This document shows positions 9,998 to 18,260 of a DNA stretch of 43,163 nt, one piece after another. The notes beneath the pieces are model-generated. The model had not been told where the DNA came from, did not search any database, and was given only the letters and a program-made list of their open reading frames with translations. The stretch's first letter is position 1. Each line of letters begins with the position of its first letter. The DNA comes from a virus. A program made the translations under genes and the position numbers. The stretch is taken from IMG/VR virus record IMGVR_UViG_3300045988_109965, positions 1 through 43,163 of that record; one strand, given 5' to 3'.

Positions 9998-10795
9998 ATG
10001 GCCATCATTGTAAACGGCAAAAAAGTTGCCGGGGTGGGGCTGCCCGGCAAGGACGGAGCTCCAGGGGCAGACGGCAAGGATGGTGCACCTGGAAAGTCCG
10101 CCTATCAGGCGGCAAAAGAGAAAGGATATACCGGAACCGAAGAGGAGTTTAACACCGCTCTGGCTGGTATGCAAAGTGCTCCATTCTTGCCGCTGAGCGG
10201 AGGAACAGTTGAGGGCGTCCTCGAAATTAGATCAGGGATTGAATTTGGCTATGGCAGCAATTCGATAGAACTATCTCCCTCATCTGCAAGTCGGCTTGAA
10301 TTGGTGGCTAATGCTTCCGGCGGGTTCAGTGGCGGCTCGATTGGCGGAACAGTTGAGCTGATAGGGTTGTCCGCACCAACGGCATCCAATAGTGCCGCAA
10401 ATAAGCAGTACGTGGACGAGCACGCGGGGGCAAGGGTTGCCACGGGGAGCTATGTAGGGACGGGGGATTATAACAGTGGAACCGGATGGGGGAGCAGTAA
10501 CCCGACATCACTGACGTTTGACTTTGCCCCCAAGTTGCTTATTATTGGTTGGCAAGAAACACTGGATAGTGGTTTTTTCACCAGTAATTTAGGGGACACA
10601 TCCAATAATTACTATTCTATATACACAGGAGCTTTAACGACACAGTTTAAGCAGTATAGAGGCTTTGGTGATCCGGACAGCAGTTATGCGAAGAAGTCTT
10701 CAGACGGTAAGACTATAACGTGGTATAGCACTCATCATGCTAACTCCCAAAGAAACGACAAAAGACACAAGTATTATTATCTTGCCATTGGCTGA
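9998..10795 (+). CDS. Second, shorter collagen-motif tail fibre / receptor-binding protein
   Basis: ATG after GGGTGGAGGTG. Contains GLPGKDGAPGADGKDGAPGKS, then SAYQAAKEKGYTGTEEEF, LPLSGGTVEG and SAANKQYVD. The C-terminal half is AT-richer. Confidence 0.75.
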   Translation: MAIIVNGKKVAGVGLPGKDGAPGADGKDGAPGKSAYQAAKEKGYTGTEEEFNTALAGMQSAPFLPLSGGTVEGVLEIRSGIEFGYGSNSIELSPSSASRLELVANASGGFSGGSIGGTVELIGLSAPTASNSAANKQYVDEHAGARVATGSYVGTGDYNSGTGWGSSNPTSLTFDFAPKLLIIGWQETLDSGFFTSNLGDTSNNYYSIYTGALTTQFKQYRGFGDPDSSYAKKSSDGKTITWYSTHHANSQRNDKRHKYYYLAIG

Positions 10796-10809
10796 AAGGA
10801 GGCCCATCT

Positions 10810-11121
10810 ATGACCATCATCCAAATTGACCCGCTGGAAACCGGCCAGCACCCGATCCAGAGCCAGAGCGGGCGGAGCGCCTGCTGGCTGGATGACTACA
10901 TAGAGGTGCCCGCCCACCTCCATGACGCGGTGTGGGCGACCTATGGCTGGTGTGACCTCCAGATTGAGGGGGACAAGCTGGTGGGCATCACGCCTACTGA
11001 GCGGCCTCCAGAGCCGGAGCCGGAACCCCAGCCGCCCCTCGCAGAGGACATCACTCTGGACATGCTGTCCGAGCACGAGGAACGACTTTGTATGTTGGAA
11101 ATCACCACCAATGCTGTTTGA
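10810..11121 (+). CDS. Hypothetical protein (occupies the XkdW position)
   Basis: 103 aa between the fibre gene and the XkdX-like gene. Contains a PEPEPEPQP linker. Confidence 0.4.
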   Translation: MTIIQIDPLETGQHPIQSQSGRSACWLDDYIEVPAHLHDAVWATYGWCDLQIEGDKLVGITPTERPPEPEPEPQPPLAEDITLDMLSEHEERLCMLEITTNAV

Positions 11122-11135
11122 GGAAGGGGAAGGAC

Positions 11136-11285
11136 ATGAACACGGTATTTAATCTCTGCAAGCTGCTTATTGACCGGGGCCGCACCGACGGCCTCCAGGA
11201 CAAGATGGATGTCTATCTCGCCGCCGACCGGCTCACCCCGGAGGAGTACCAGGAGCTGGCCGGGCTACTGGCCCCGGAACAGTAA
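11136..11285 (+). CDS. XkdX-like small protein
   Basis: 49 aa ending in LTPEEYQELAGLL, like XkdX-family proteins found between fibre and lysis genes in PBSX-like elements. Confidence 0.5.
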   Translation: MNTVFNLCKLLIDRGRTDGLQDKMDVYLAADRLTPEEYQELAGLLAPEQ

Positions 11286-11323
11286 TCAACAGCGGGATCG
11301 CTGGATAAAAGGATGTGAATCAA

Positions 11324-12775
11324 ATGAGTAAGCTCATTACATACATCCCGCTCTCGTCCGTGGAGCGGATTGAGCTGAGAGTCACCAACTGCCGCAAGAC
11401 GCTCTCTCAGGTCAAGGCTGAAACAAAGGCTCATTACGTGCTCAATGGCGGCATGTGGAACCCAGACGGCACCCCCTGCCCGCTGCTTAAGGTGGGCGGG
11501 GCGATGCTCTCCGGCACGCCCTGGCGTCCGATGGGCTACGCCTGGGACAAGGGCCCGGACATCCACATGACCTCCGAGTACGAGGGAGCGGCCAACTTTA
11601 TCGCGGTGACTGCCCTTATTTCCTCCGGCGAGCCAGTGGATAAACCCTCCTATGGCTCGGCCCAGGGAGGCAAGAGGGGCCGCAGCGCCATCGGCCTGCG
11701 GGGTGGCAGTCTGGCCCTCTACTGCTCCTCGGATGGCGCCGATGCAGCCACGCCGGAAACTCTGCGGGACGAGCTGGCCGGGCTGGGCTGGGCCTCCGCC
11801 GTCATGCTGGATGGGGGCGGCTCCAGCCAGTGCGACTTTGGCGGAGAGCGCATCACCGCCAGCCGCAAGGTGCACAACTGGATTTGCGTGTATCTCAAGC
11901 AGGCGGGGCAGGCACCGCCGGACAAGGAGGAGAGTATGGGCAAGTACAAAGTGACGCCCAGCATCGGCGTCAACATCCGAAGCGGCCCCGGCACCAGTTA
12001 CGGCAAGGTGGGGGCGTACCCCATGGGCACGGTGGTGGACGTGCTGGAGGTCCGGGACGGCTGGGGCAGGACGACCAAGGGCTGGGTGTCCCTGGCCTAT
12101 CTGGAGGCCGTGGAGGGCCCTCAGAGGGCCACTGACACGGGCCTCGCCATCCAGGAGCATATCATCTCCGATGGGCGTGAAAACCGGCCGGGCAGGGACA
12201 CCAACCCGGACACCTACATCACCATCCATGAGACCGGCAACACGGCTAAGGGCGCTGACGCCGCGGCCCACGGGGCCTATCTGGACAGCGCCGCCGGGGA
12301 GGATGCTCTGGTGAGCTGGCACTACACCGTGGACGACCACGCCATTGTCCAGCACCTGCCCGACTACGAGACGGCCTACCATGCCGGGGACGGCAAGGAC
12401 GGGCCGGGCAACGCCACCAGCATCGGCATCGAGATCTGCGTCAACGCCGGGGGCGATTTTGCCCAGGCTCAGGCCAATGCCGCCAGCCTGGTGCGCCAGC
12501 TCATGGAGGAGCACGGTATCCCCATCGACCGAGTGGTGCAGCATGCCCACTGGAACGGCAAGGACTGCCCCAAGACCATCCGGGCCACCACCGGGGCCTG
12601 GGAGGGCTTCTTGGCTCTGTGCCGGGGAAAGACGGCCGGTGTGTCCGAACTGGGTGCCGCTGTGGACAAGCTGGCTGCCGCTGGGCTTATTAACAGCCCG
12701 GATTACTGGAAGGGCGGGGTATACTCCGCCGCAAACGTGCAGGCACTCATCATCAAGTGGGCGGCCTCGCTTTGA
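11324..12775 (+). CDS. Multi-domain endolysin (phosphodiester-glycosidase-like, SH3b-like, and Amidase_2/PGRP-type N-acetylmuramoyl-L-alanine amidase)
   Basis: HYVLNGGMWN...MLDGGGSSQ is DUF2233/NAGPA-like. KYKVTPSIGVNIRSGPGTSYGKVG...GWVSLAYLE is SH3b-like. ITIHETGN...SWHYTVDD...AYHAG...GIEIC...HWNGKDCP is the amidase. An alternative GTG start lies at 11315. Confidence 0.85.
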   Translation: MSKLITYIPLSSVERIELRVTNCRKTLSQVKAETKAHYVLNGGMWNPDGTPCPLLKVGGAMLSGTPWRPMGYAWDKGPDIHMTSEYEGAANFIAVTALISSGEPVDKPSYGSAQGGKRGRSAIGLRGGSLALYCSSDGADAATPETLRDELAGLGWASAVMLDGGGSSQCDFGGERITASRKVHNWICVYLKQAGQAPPDKEESMGKYKVTPSIGVNIRSGPGTSYGKVGAYPMGTVVDVLEVRDGWGRTTKGWVSLAYLEAVEGPQRATDTGLAIQEHIISDGRENRPGRDTNPDTYITIHETGNTAKGADAAAHGAYLDSAAGEDALVSWHYTVDDHAIVQHLPDYETAYHAGDGKDGPGNATSIGIEICVNAGGDFAQAQANAASLVRQLMEEHGIPIDRVVQHAHWNGKDCPKTIRATTGAWEGFLALCRGKTAGVSELGAAVDKLAAAGLINSPDYWKGGVYSAANVQALIIKWAASL

Positions 12776-12793
12776 GAAAGGAAGGTACATGAC

Positions 12794-13066
12794 ATGATCA
12801 ACTGGAAAGTCAGACTGAAGAGCCCCGCGTTCTGGACGGGGCTCATCGGCGTGCTCGGCGCGTTTGCGGTGGGTATGGCACAGCTCTTTGGGGTGGACAT
12901 CACCGCCGAGGCCGGGAGCTGGCAGCAGGCGCTCACTGCCCTGGTCACGGCCGTATTTGGCGTGCTGGCCCTGGTGGGTGTTACCACCGACCCAACCACT
13001 AAAGGGCTGGGGGATAGCGCACAGGCCCTCACCTACCACAAGCCAAAGGACGACAGGGAGGGCTGA
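12794..13066 (+). CDS. Holin (phage_holin_1 / phi-LC3-like)
   Basis: 90 aa with two hydrophobic helices and the TTDPTTKGLGDS motif. Confidence 0.8.
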   Translation: MINWKVRLKSPAFWTGLIGVLGAFAVGMAQLFGVDITAEAGSWQQALTALVTAVFGVLALVGVTTDPTTKGLGDSAQALTYHKPKDDREG

Positions 13067-13068
13067 GT

Positions 13069-13383
13069 ATGCCCGAAAACGATTGCCCTATCAATGGGGT
13101 AAATTGTGTGTCCATCGCCCGCGTGGAGGCACTGGAGCGGGCGTTAGAGGCACAGAAGCAGCATAGCTCACTTGCGCGCGAAAAAATCTATGATCGGCTG
13201 GGTGAGCTGGAACGTGGTATGGCCACGGTTACCACACAGTATGGCAATATCATCGACCGGCTGTCCTCAATGTCGGCCGACCTGAACGCCTTGAAAGAGA
13301 AGCCGTCCAAGCGGTGGGAGGCAGTTGTGGCGGCTATCATTACGGGTGTGGTGGGCTATCTGTTGGCCCAGATCGTGGGGTGA
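13069..13383 (+). CDS. XhlA-like lysis-associated membrane protein
   Basis: 104 aa with a coiled-coil N-terminal part and one C-terminal TM helix (AVVAAIITGVVGYLLAQIV). Lies directly after the holin. Confidence 0.5.
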   Translation: MPENDCPINGVNCVSIARVEALERALEAQKQHSSLAREKIYDRLGELERGMATVTTQYGNIIDRLSSMSADLNALKEKPSKRWEAVVAAIITGVVGYLLAQIVG

Positions 13384-13387
13384 TTAC

Positions 13388-14395
13388 ATGCCGAGTAATC
13401 TGCTGAGCGCGGACACCGGGTTTCCGGATTTAATGGGGAACCAGAGCACGGATGAGAAGTTCCGCATGGTGAGCGATTACCTATACATGCTGCTGGAGCA
13501 GCTTCGCTACTCAATGGCGAATCTTGGGCGGGAAAACTTCAACGACACCGCCTTTCAGGAGATTGCGGGCCTGATTACGGAGCCGGTTTATATCCAGCTC
13601 AAGGACGTGGAGGGAAACCTGTCCTCTCTGACGGTGACCGCGGAGCAGTTGATTTCCCGCATGACGGATGCGGAGGGAAACATTTCGGTTCTACAGCAAA
13701 CCTCCACCAGTTTGACCAGCCAGGTGAGCGACCTGGAGGGGAACGTCTCCACATTGCAGCAGTCGTCCAAGGCGCTGGAGGTGCGGTTGACAAACGCGGA
13801 GGGGGACCTGTCCCGCATCACGGTAACCGTGAACGGCATCACGCAGTCGGTCAGCGACCTTGAGACCGGTCTAAGCCAAACCCTGCGCATCGCTCCCAAT
13901 GGGGTGACCATCACCAACGCGGCAGGGGACACCCTCACCATCGACGGTGGGCAGATTGACGCCACAAACCTAAACCTGTCCGGGCATATTACATTCAACG
14001 ATTTCAGCTCCCGGTTGCAGGACGACTTCGATCATGTGGAGCAGACCGCGCAGGATGCCTATGATATCGCCGACAAAAACCGGCTGCCCAATTACATCAA
14101 ATCGACTTATATTGATTCCACGGAGATCCGAAGCCCCACCATCAAGGCCAACGAGTTCAGCGTATACCCGCAGGCGGTGGGCGGCGGCAGCTTCAATATG
14201 TATGGTCAGTATAACGGTAGTCTATACCACATGCTGGAGATTTCCTATTTCGCAGGCAGCGCCCCATCCGTCGATTTCTCCTCCCCTGCGGGCGCTTTGG
14301 CGACGTGGGATTTTCTGTCCACCACTGTACGCGGCAGCGTCGATTTCAGCAACGCAAATGTGTACGGGCTGGACGTGGAAGCCGTGTTCGCATAG
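13388..14395 (+). CDS. Virion structural protein with repeated coiled-coil modules
   Basis: The unit (D/A)xEGN(L/I/V)S...(L)(T/Q)..., as in DVEGNLSSLTV, DAEGNISVLQQ, DLEGNVSTLQQ and NAEGDLSRITV, recurs four times. Confidence 0.5.
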   Translation: MPSNLLSADTGFPDLMGNQSTDEKFRMVSDYLYMLLEQLRYSMANLGRENFNDTAFQEIAGLITEPVYIQLKDVEGNLSSLTVTAEQLISRMTDAEGNISVLQQTSTSLTSQVSDLEGNVSTLQQSSKALEVRLTNAEGDLSRITVTVNGITQSVSDLETGLSQTLRIAPNGVTITNAAGDTLTIDGGQIDATNLNLSGHITFNDFSSRLQDDFDHVEQTAQDAYDIADKNRLPNYIKSTYIDSTEIRSPTIKANEFSVYPQAVGGGSFNMYGQYNGSLYHMLEISYFAGSAPSVDFSSPAGALATWDFLSTTVRGSVDFSNANVYGLDVEAVFA

Positions 14396-14406
14396 GAGGC
14401 GGAAGT

Positions 14407-15030
14407 ATGGCAAGTTTGAGCCTGAGCGACGGTGAGGAAGAGTTTGGCTGGAGGATTACGGGGCTGGGCTCTGCCTTTAACCAGGCCAACGGCTATGTGG
14501 AGGCTGGCATCACAAAGTATCAGTTTACGCACTCATCCAGCAGTATTTCAGGTGTAGTGGACAGTGTGCGGGCCCCCGCCTCCGGGGGCTCCACCTCCAC
14601 AGCCCGGCGGTGGGTGGGCTACGACCCCGGCACCTACGATTTTTGGGGCTACACGCGGGTCAAGGATGGAACGTACTGGCCGGCCGGTTCTGATACGGTT
14701 ACGGTGGACAGTCCGGCGGCGCAGAGGCCGGACGACTGGGGCTGGTCTTCTGTAATCCGGGCCGGGCGTCCGGTGCGGATCTCCGCCTATGAGTGGAACC
14801 AGTTCTGCAACCGAATCAACGATTTCCGACTTTATGTGGGACTACCGGAGTACGGGGCCTTTGAACGGGCCTATTCCGGAGACCCGATTACCGCTGAAAT
14901 CGTGGAGCACGCGGTCTACGCGATCCGGGCGATGGACCCGCCCGTCTCTACCCCCCGCGCCCCGGCCAGGGGCGACCTGATGCGGGCGAGCATTTTCCTG
15001 GATCTGATGGACTCTCTCAATTCAATTTGA
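14407..15030 (+). CDS. Hypothetical virion protein
   Basis: ATG after GGAGGCGGAAGT. 207 aa. No motif recognised. Confidence 0.45.
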   Translation: MASLSLSDGEEEFGWRITGLGSAFNQANGYVEAGITKYQFTHSSSSISGVVDSVRAPASGGSTSTARRWVGYDPGTYDFWGYTRVKDGTYWPAGSDTVTVDSPAAQRPDDWGWSSVIRAGRPVRISAYEWNQFCNRINDFRLYVGLPEYGAFERAYSGDPITAEIVEHAVYAIRAMDPPVSTPRAPARGDLMRASIFLDLMDSLNSI

Positions 15031-15046
15031 CTAAGGAGGCACAAGT

Positions 15047-15226
15047 ATGAACGACGCGCGGAACGAAATCAATAACGCCTACAATTTGCTGGCGGCCCTT
15101 CCGGTGCGGGGCGACGCGGTGGACGTGGTCGCGGCCTGCCGGATGGCGCTGCGCCGGGCCCTGGAGCTGATGGCTTCCCAGCAGTCCGGCGATACGGAGC
15201 CCGGCGGGGACGTGAAGGAGGAGTGA
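15047..15226 (+). CDS. Small hypothetical protein (59 aa)
   Basis: ATG lies 7 nt after TAAGGAGG. It is below the length cut-off of the ORF track. Its stop sits 2 nt before the next ATG. Confidence 0.5.
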   Translation: MNDARNEINNAYNLLAALPVRGDAVDVVAACRMALRRALELMASQQSGDTEPGGDVKEE

Positions 15227-15228
15227 GC

Positions 15229-16827
15229 ATGCTCCCGGATATGGTACACGCCGACGGCATCCGTAAGTATGGGCAGACTCGCTTCGGAGGCTATGACCAC
15301 CGGCTGGCCGCCGGAGACGGGACGCTTTGGGACATGAAGAACCTGACCAGCGACCTCGCCCCGCTGCTCTCCGCACGGCGGCCCCGGTATCTGGTGGAGA
15401 CCCTGGCAAAACCCAACGGCCTGTATGCAAAGGACGGGCTGTACTGGGTGGACGGCACGGGCTTCTATTCCGAAGGAGAGAAAAAGGGCGACGTTGCGGA
15501 CGGGCGCAAGCAGTTTGCCGCCCTGGGGGCCTACATCATCATCCTGCCCGACAAGGCGTATTACAACCGCCTGACGGGGGAGTTCGGCAGCCTGGAGGCA
15601 GGCTGGAGCGGGAGCGCGAAGATTCAGGACGGCACCTACGCGGAAGAGGAGGCCGAGGCCAACACCATCTACGCCTCCGGGGCCGACTGGGATTCCATCT
15701 TCAAGGTGGGGGACGCGGTGACCATATCCGGGGCAAAGACCCACGAGAGCAACAACCAGACCATTGTCATCCGGGAGATTGATGGGGACAATCTGCGGTT
15801 CTATGAAAACTCCTTCACCATCAACAAGGGCGGCGACACGGAGGAGCTGACGGTCAGGCGGGAGGTGCCCGAGCTGGACCTCCTGTGCGAGAACGAGAAC
15901 CGCCTGTGGGGCTGCAAGGGCGACACCATCTACGCCTCCAAGCTGGGCGACCCTTTCAACTGGAATGTGTTCGACGGGGTGAGCACCGATTCCTATGCGG
16001 TGGACGTGGGCAGCGCCGGGGACTTTACTGGATGCTTTGCCTACCGGGGCTACCCGGTGTTCTTCAAGGAGGAACAGATCTACAAGGTCTACGGGGACAA
16101 GCCCAGCAACTTCCAAGTGATGAGCAGCGCGTCCCTGGGGGTGGAGGCGGGCAGCCACGCCAGTCTCGCCATTGCAGGGGAGACGCTGTACTATCTGAGC
16201 CGGGTGGGGGTGGTGGCCTATTCCGGCGGCATCCCGCAGAGCGTCGCCGCCCCCTTCGGGACAGACCGCTACCGCAACGGCGTGGCGGGCAGCGACGGGG
16301 TGAAGTATTACGTCTCCCTGGAGGACAGCACAGGCGGGCACACCCTCTTTGTCTACGACACCCCAAAAGGCGTGTGGCACAAGGAGGACAGTCTGGAGGC
16401 CGTTGGCTTCGGGTGGGACGCGGAGCTGTACTTCCTGGGGGCGGACGGCAGGCTGTGGCTCAACGGAAATACCCGCACCGTGCCGGAGGACGCCGCACCA
16501 GAGGGCGCGGTGGAGAGCATGGCGGAGTTTGCCGACTTCACCGAGGGCGACGCCAACAAGAAGGGCACCGCCAAGCTCCAGGTACGCATGGAGCTGGACG
16601 CCGGGGCGTCGGTCAAAATCGAAATGCAGTTTGACAGCGACGGGGAGTGGCGGGAGGTGACCACCCTCTCCGCCACGGTGAAGCGGAGCTTCTACCTGCC
16701 CATCATCCCCCGCAGAAGCGACCACTTCCGCATCCGCTTTTCCGGCACCGGCGGGTGGCGGCTCTATTCCCTGGTGCGGGAGAGCTATTCCGGCAGCGAG
16801 CTCAAGAGCAGGCCGGGGCGGCAATAA
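15229..16827 (+). CDS. Large virion protein (tail hub or beta-propeller-like; function not assignable)
   Basis: 532 aa with SD GAAGGAGGAG. Repeated beta-rich segments (LYWVDG, LWGCKGDTIYAS, LYYLSRVG, YYVSLED, LFVYDT, LYFLGADG). Confidence 0.5.
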   Translation: MLPDMVHADGIRKYGQTRFGGYDHRLAAGDGTLWDMKNLTSDLAPLLSARRPRYLVETLAKPNGLYAKDGLYWVDGTGFYSEGEKKGDVADGRKQFAALGAYIIILPDKAYYNRLTGEFGSLEAGWSGSAKIQDGTYAEEEAEANTIYASGADWDSIFKVGDAVTISGAKTHESNNQTIVIREIDGDNLRFYENSFTINKGGDTEELTVRREVPELDLLCENENRLWGCKGDTIYASKLGDPFNWNVFDGVSTDSYAVDVGSAGDFTGCFAYRGYPVFFKEEQIYKVYGDKPSNFQVMSSASLGVEAGSHASLAIAGETLYYLSRVGVVAYSGGIPQSVAAPFGTDRYRNGVAGSDGVKYYVSLEDSTGGHTLFVYDTPKGVWHKEDSLEAVGFGWDAELYFLGADGRLWLNGNTRTVPEDAAPEGAVESMAEFADFTEGDANKKGTAKLQVRMELDAGASVKIEMQFDSDGEWREVTTLSATVKRSFYLPIIPRRSDHFRIRFSGTGGWRLYSLVRESYSGSELKSRPGRQ

Positions 16828-16841
16828 GAAAGGAGAGCCCT

Positions 16842-18251
16842 ATGGCGAAAAGCAGATATACCTATGACCAGTTCCGGAAGTCGGCGCAGGACAGCGGGCT
16901 TTGGGGCCAGTTCTCCCAGGCCGACCTTTCGATGGCCCAGCAGAACCCGGATTTCGGCATGTCCATCCTGAAAACCAAGCAGGACTACCGGAACGCCACC
17001 ACCGACGAAGCGAGGGCCGCGGCCCACCGGCAGGCGGACGCCCTGCGCAGCTCCTGGGGCGGATACACCGGGGGCGGGAATGGCGGCAGCTTTGTCCTTG
17101 ACCCCATGTCGCCCCGGAACTTCGAGTATGAGGCGGCCCCCACCTATGAAAGCCGCTATGACGACACCATACAGGATTTGATCGCGGGGCTTCTGGATCG
17201 GCCGGACTTCTCCTACGACCCGGCCACCGACCCCCTCTACCAGAACTACCGCAAGCAGTACACCAGGGAGGGCCAGCGGGCCACGGCGGATGCCCTGGGC
17301 GCCGCGGCCGCCGCCTCCGGCGGAATCCCCTCCTCCTATGCCAACGCCGCCGCCAACCAGGCGTCCAACTACTACGCGGCCCAGTTGACCGACAAGATTC
17401 CAGACCTCTACCAACTGGCCTACAACCAGTATCTGAACGACTACAACATGGATTTGAGCAACCTGGGGGTTGTCCAGGGGGCGGAACAGAGCGACTACGA
17501 CAAATACCTTAACCAGCTCAACCAGTACAACACCGACCGCAATTTCAGCTACGGGCAGTTCCTGGACGAGCTGTCGTCTCAGAACCAGCGGCGTACCGAT
17601 GCGCTGAACGAGGCGGTTCTGCGGGCGGAAATGGGCGACTACGGCGGCCTGGCAGACCGTGGATGGGACACCAGCAACATTCCCTATGAGTGGGAGAAGC
17701 AGCAGAGCATCGAACAGCAGAACTACGAGCGGGAGCAGGCGCTCAGAGAGCTGGCACAGGCGCAGGTGGACAATATGCTCCAGACCGGCACCATGCCCCC
17801 GGCTGAACTTCTCCAGCAATCGGGGTATTCCCAAGATTATGCCAACGCACTGGGCAGCTATTATAAGAATCAGCTTGCCCAGCAGGCGAACCGGGGCAGA
17901 AGCATAGGTGGGGGAAAGGATAGGAGCGGCAATCAGCTTTCGTTCTCTGAGGCGAAGAAGCTGGCGGAGAACGGTTACTTCGGTGACGAGGTGCTGTCGG
18001 TTCTTCGCTCCAACGGGTACTTCGACGCCGCGATCACAGCTATGTATGGATGGGAACCCACCAAGAGCGGCGGCCCCACCGCTGGGAGTGAGCAGGTGAC
18101 GAACCGTACGGACGAAGCCGCCTCGGACTGGATTCATGTTCCCGGCTTTGGCCGCCTGACCTATCCTGAACTGGAGCACTATGTGGATACGGGCGCAATT
18201 ATTGAGAGTTACGACGAGAGAACCGGGAAATATACTTATCGGAAAGCGTAG
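16842..18251 (+). CDS. Hypothetical internal virion protein (Q/N/Y-rich)
   Basis: ATG after AAAGGAGAG. 469 aa. Lies directly upstream of the giant gene. Confidence 0.45.
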   Translation: MAKSRYTYDQFRKSAQDSGLWGQFSQADLSMAQQNPDFGMSILKTKQDYRNATTDEARAAAHRQADALRSSWGGYTGGGNGGSFVLDPMSPRNFEYEAAPTYESRYDDTIQDLIAGLLDRPDFSYDPATDPLYQNYRKQYTREGQRATADALGAAAAASGGIPSSYANAAANQASNYYAAQLTDKIPDLYQLAYNQYLNDYNMDLSNLGVVQGAEQSDYDKYLNQLNQYNTDRNFSYGQFLDELSSQNQRRTDALNEAVLRAEMGDYGGLADRGWDTSNIPYEWEKQQSIEQQNYEREQALRELAQAQVDNMLQTGTMPPAELLQQSGYSQDYANALGSYYKNQLAQQANRGRSIGGGKDRSGNQLSFSEAKKLAENGYFGDEVLSVLRSNGYFDAAITAMYGWEPTKSGGPTAGSEQVTNRTDEAASDWIHVPGFGRLTYPELEHYVDTGAIIESYDERTGKYTYRKA

Positions 18252-18260
18252 GGTGTCACG

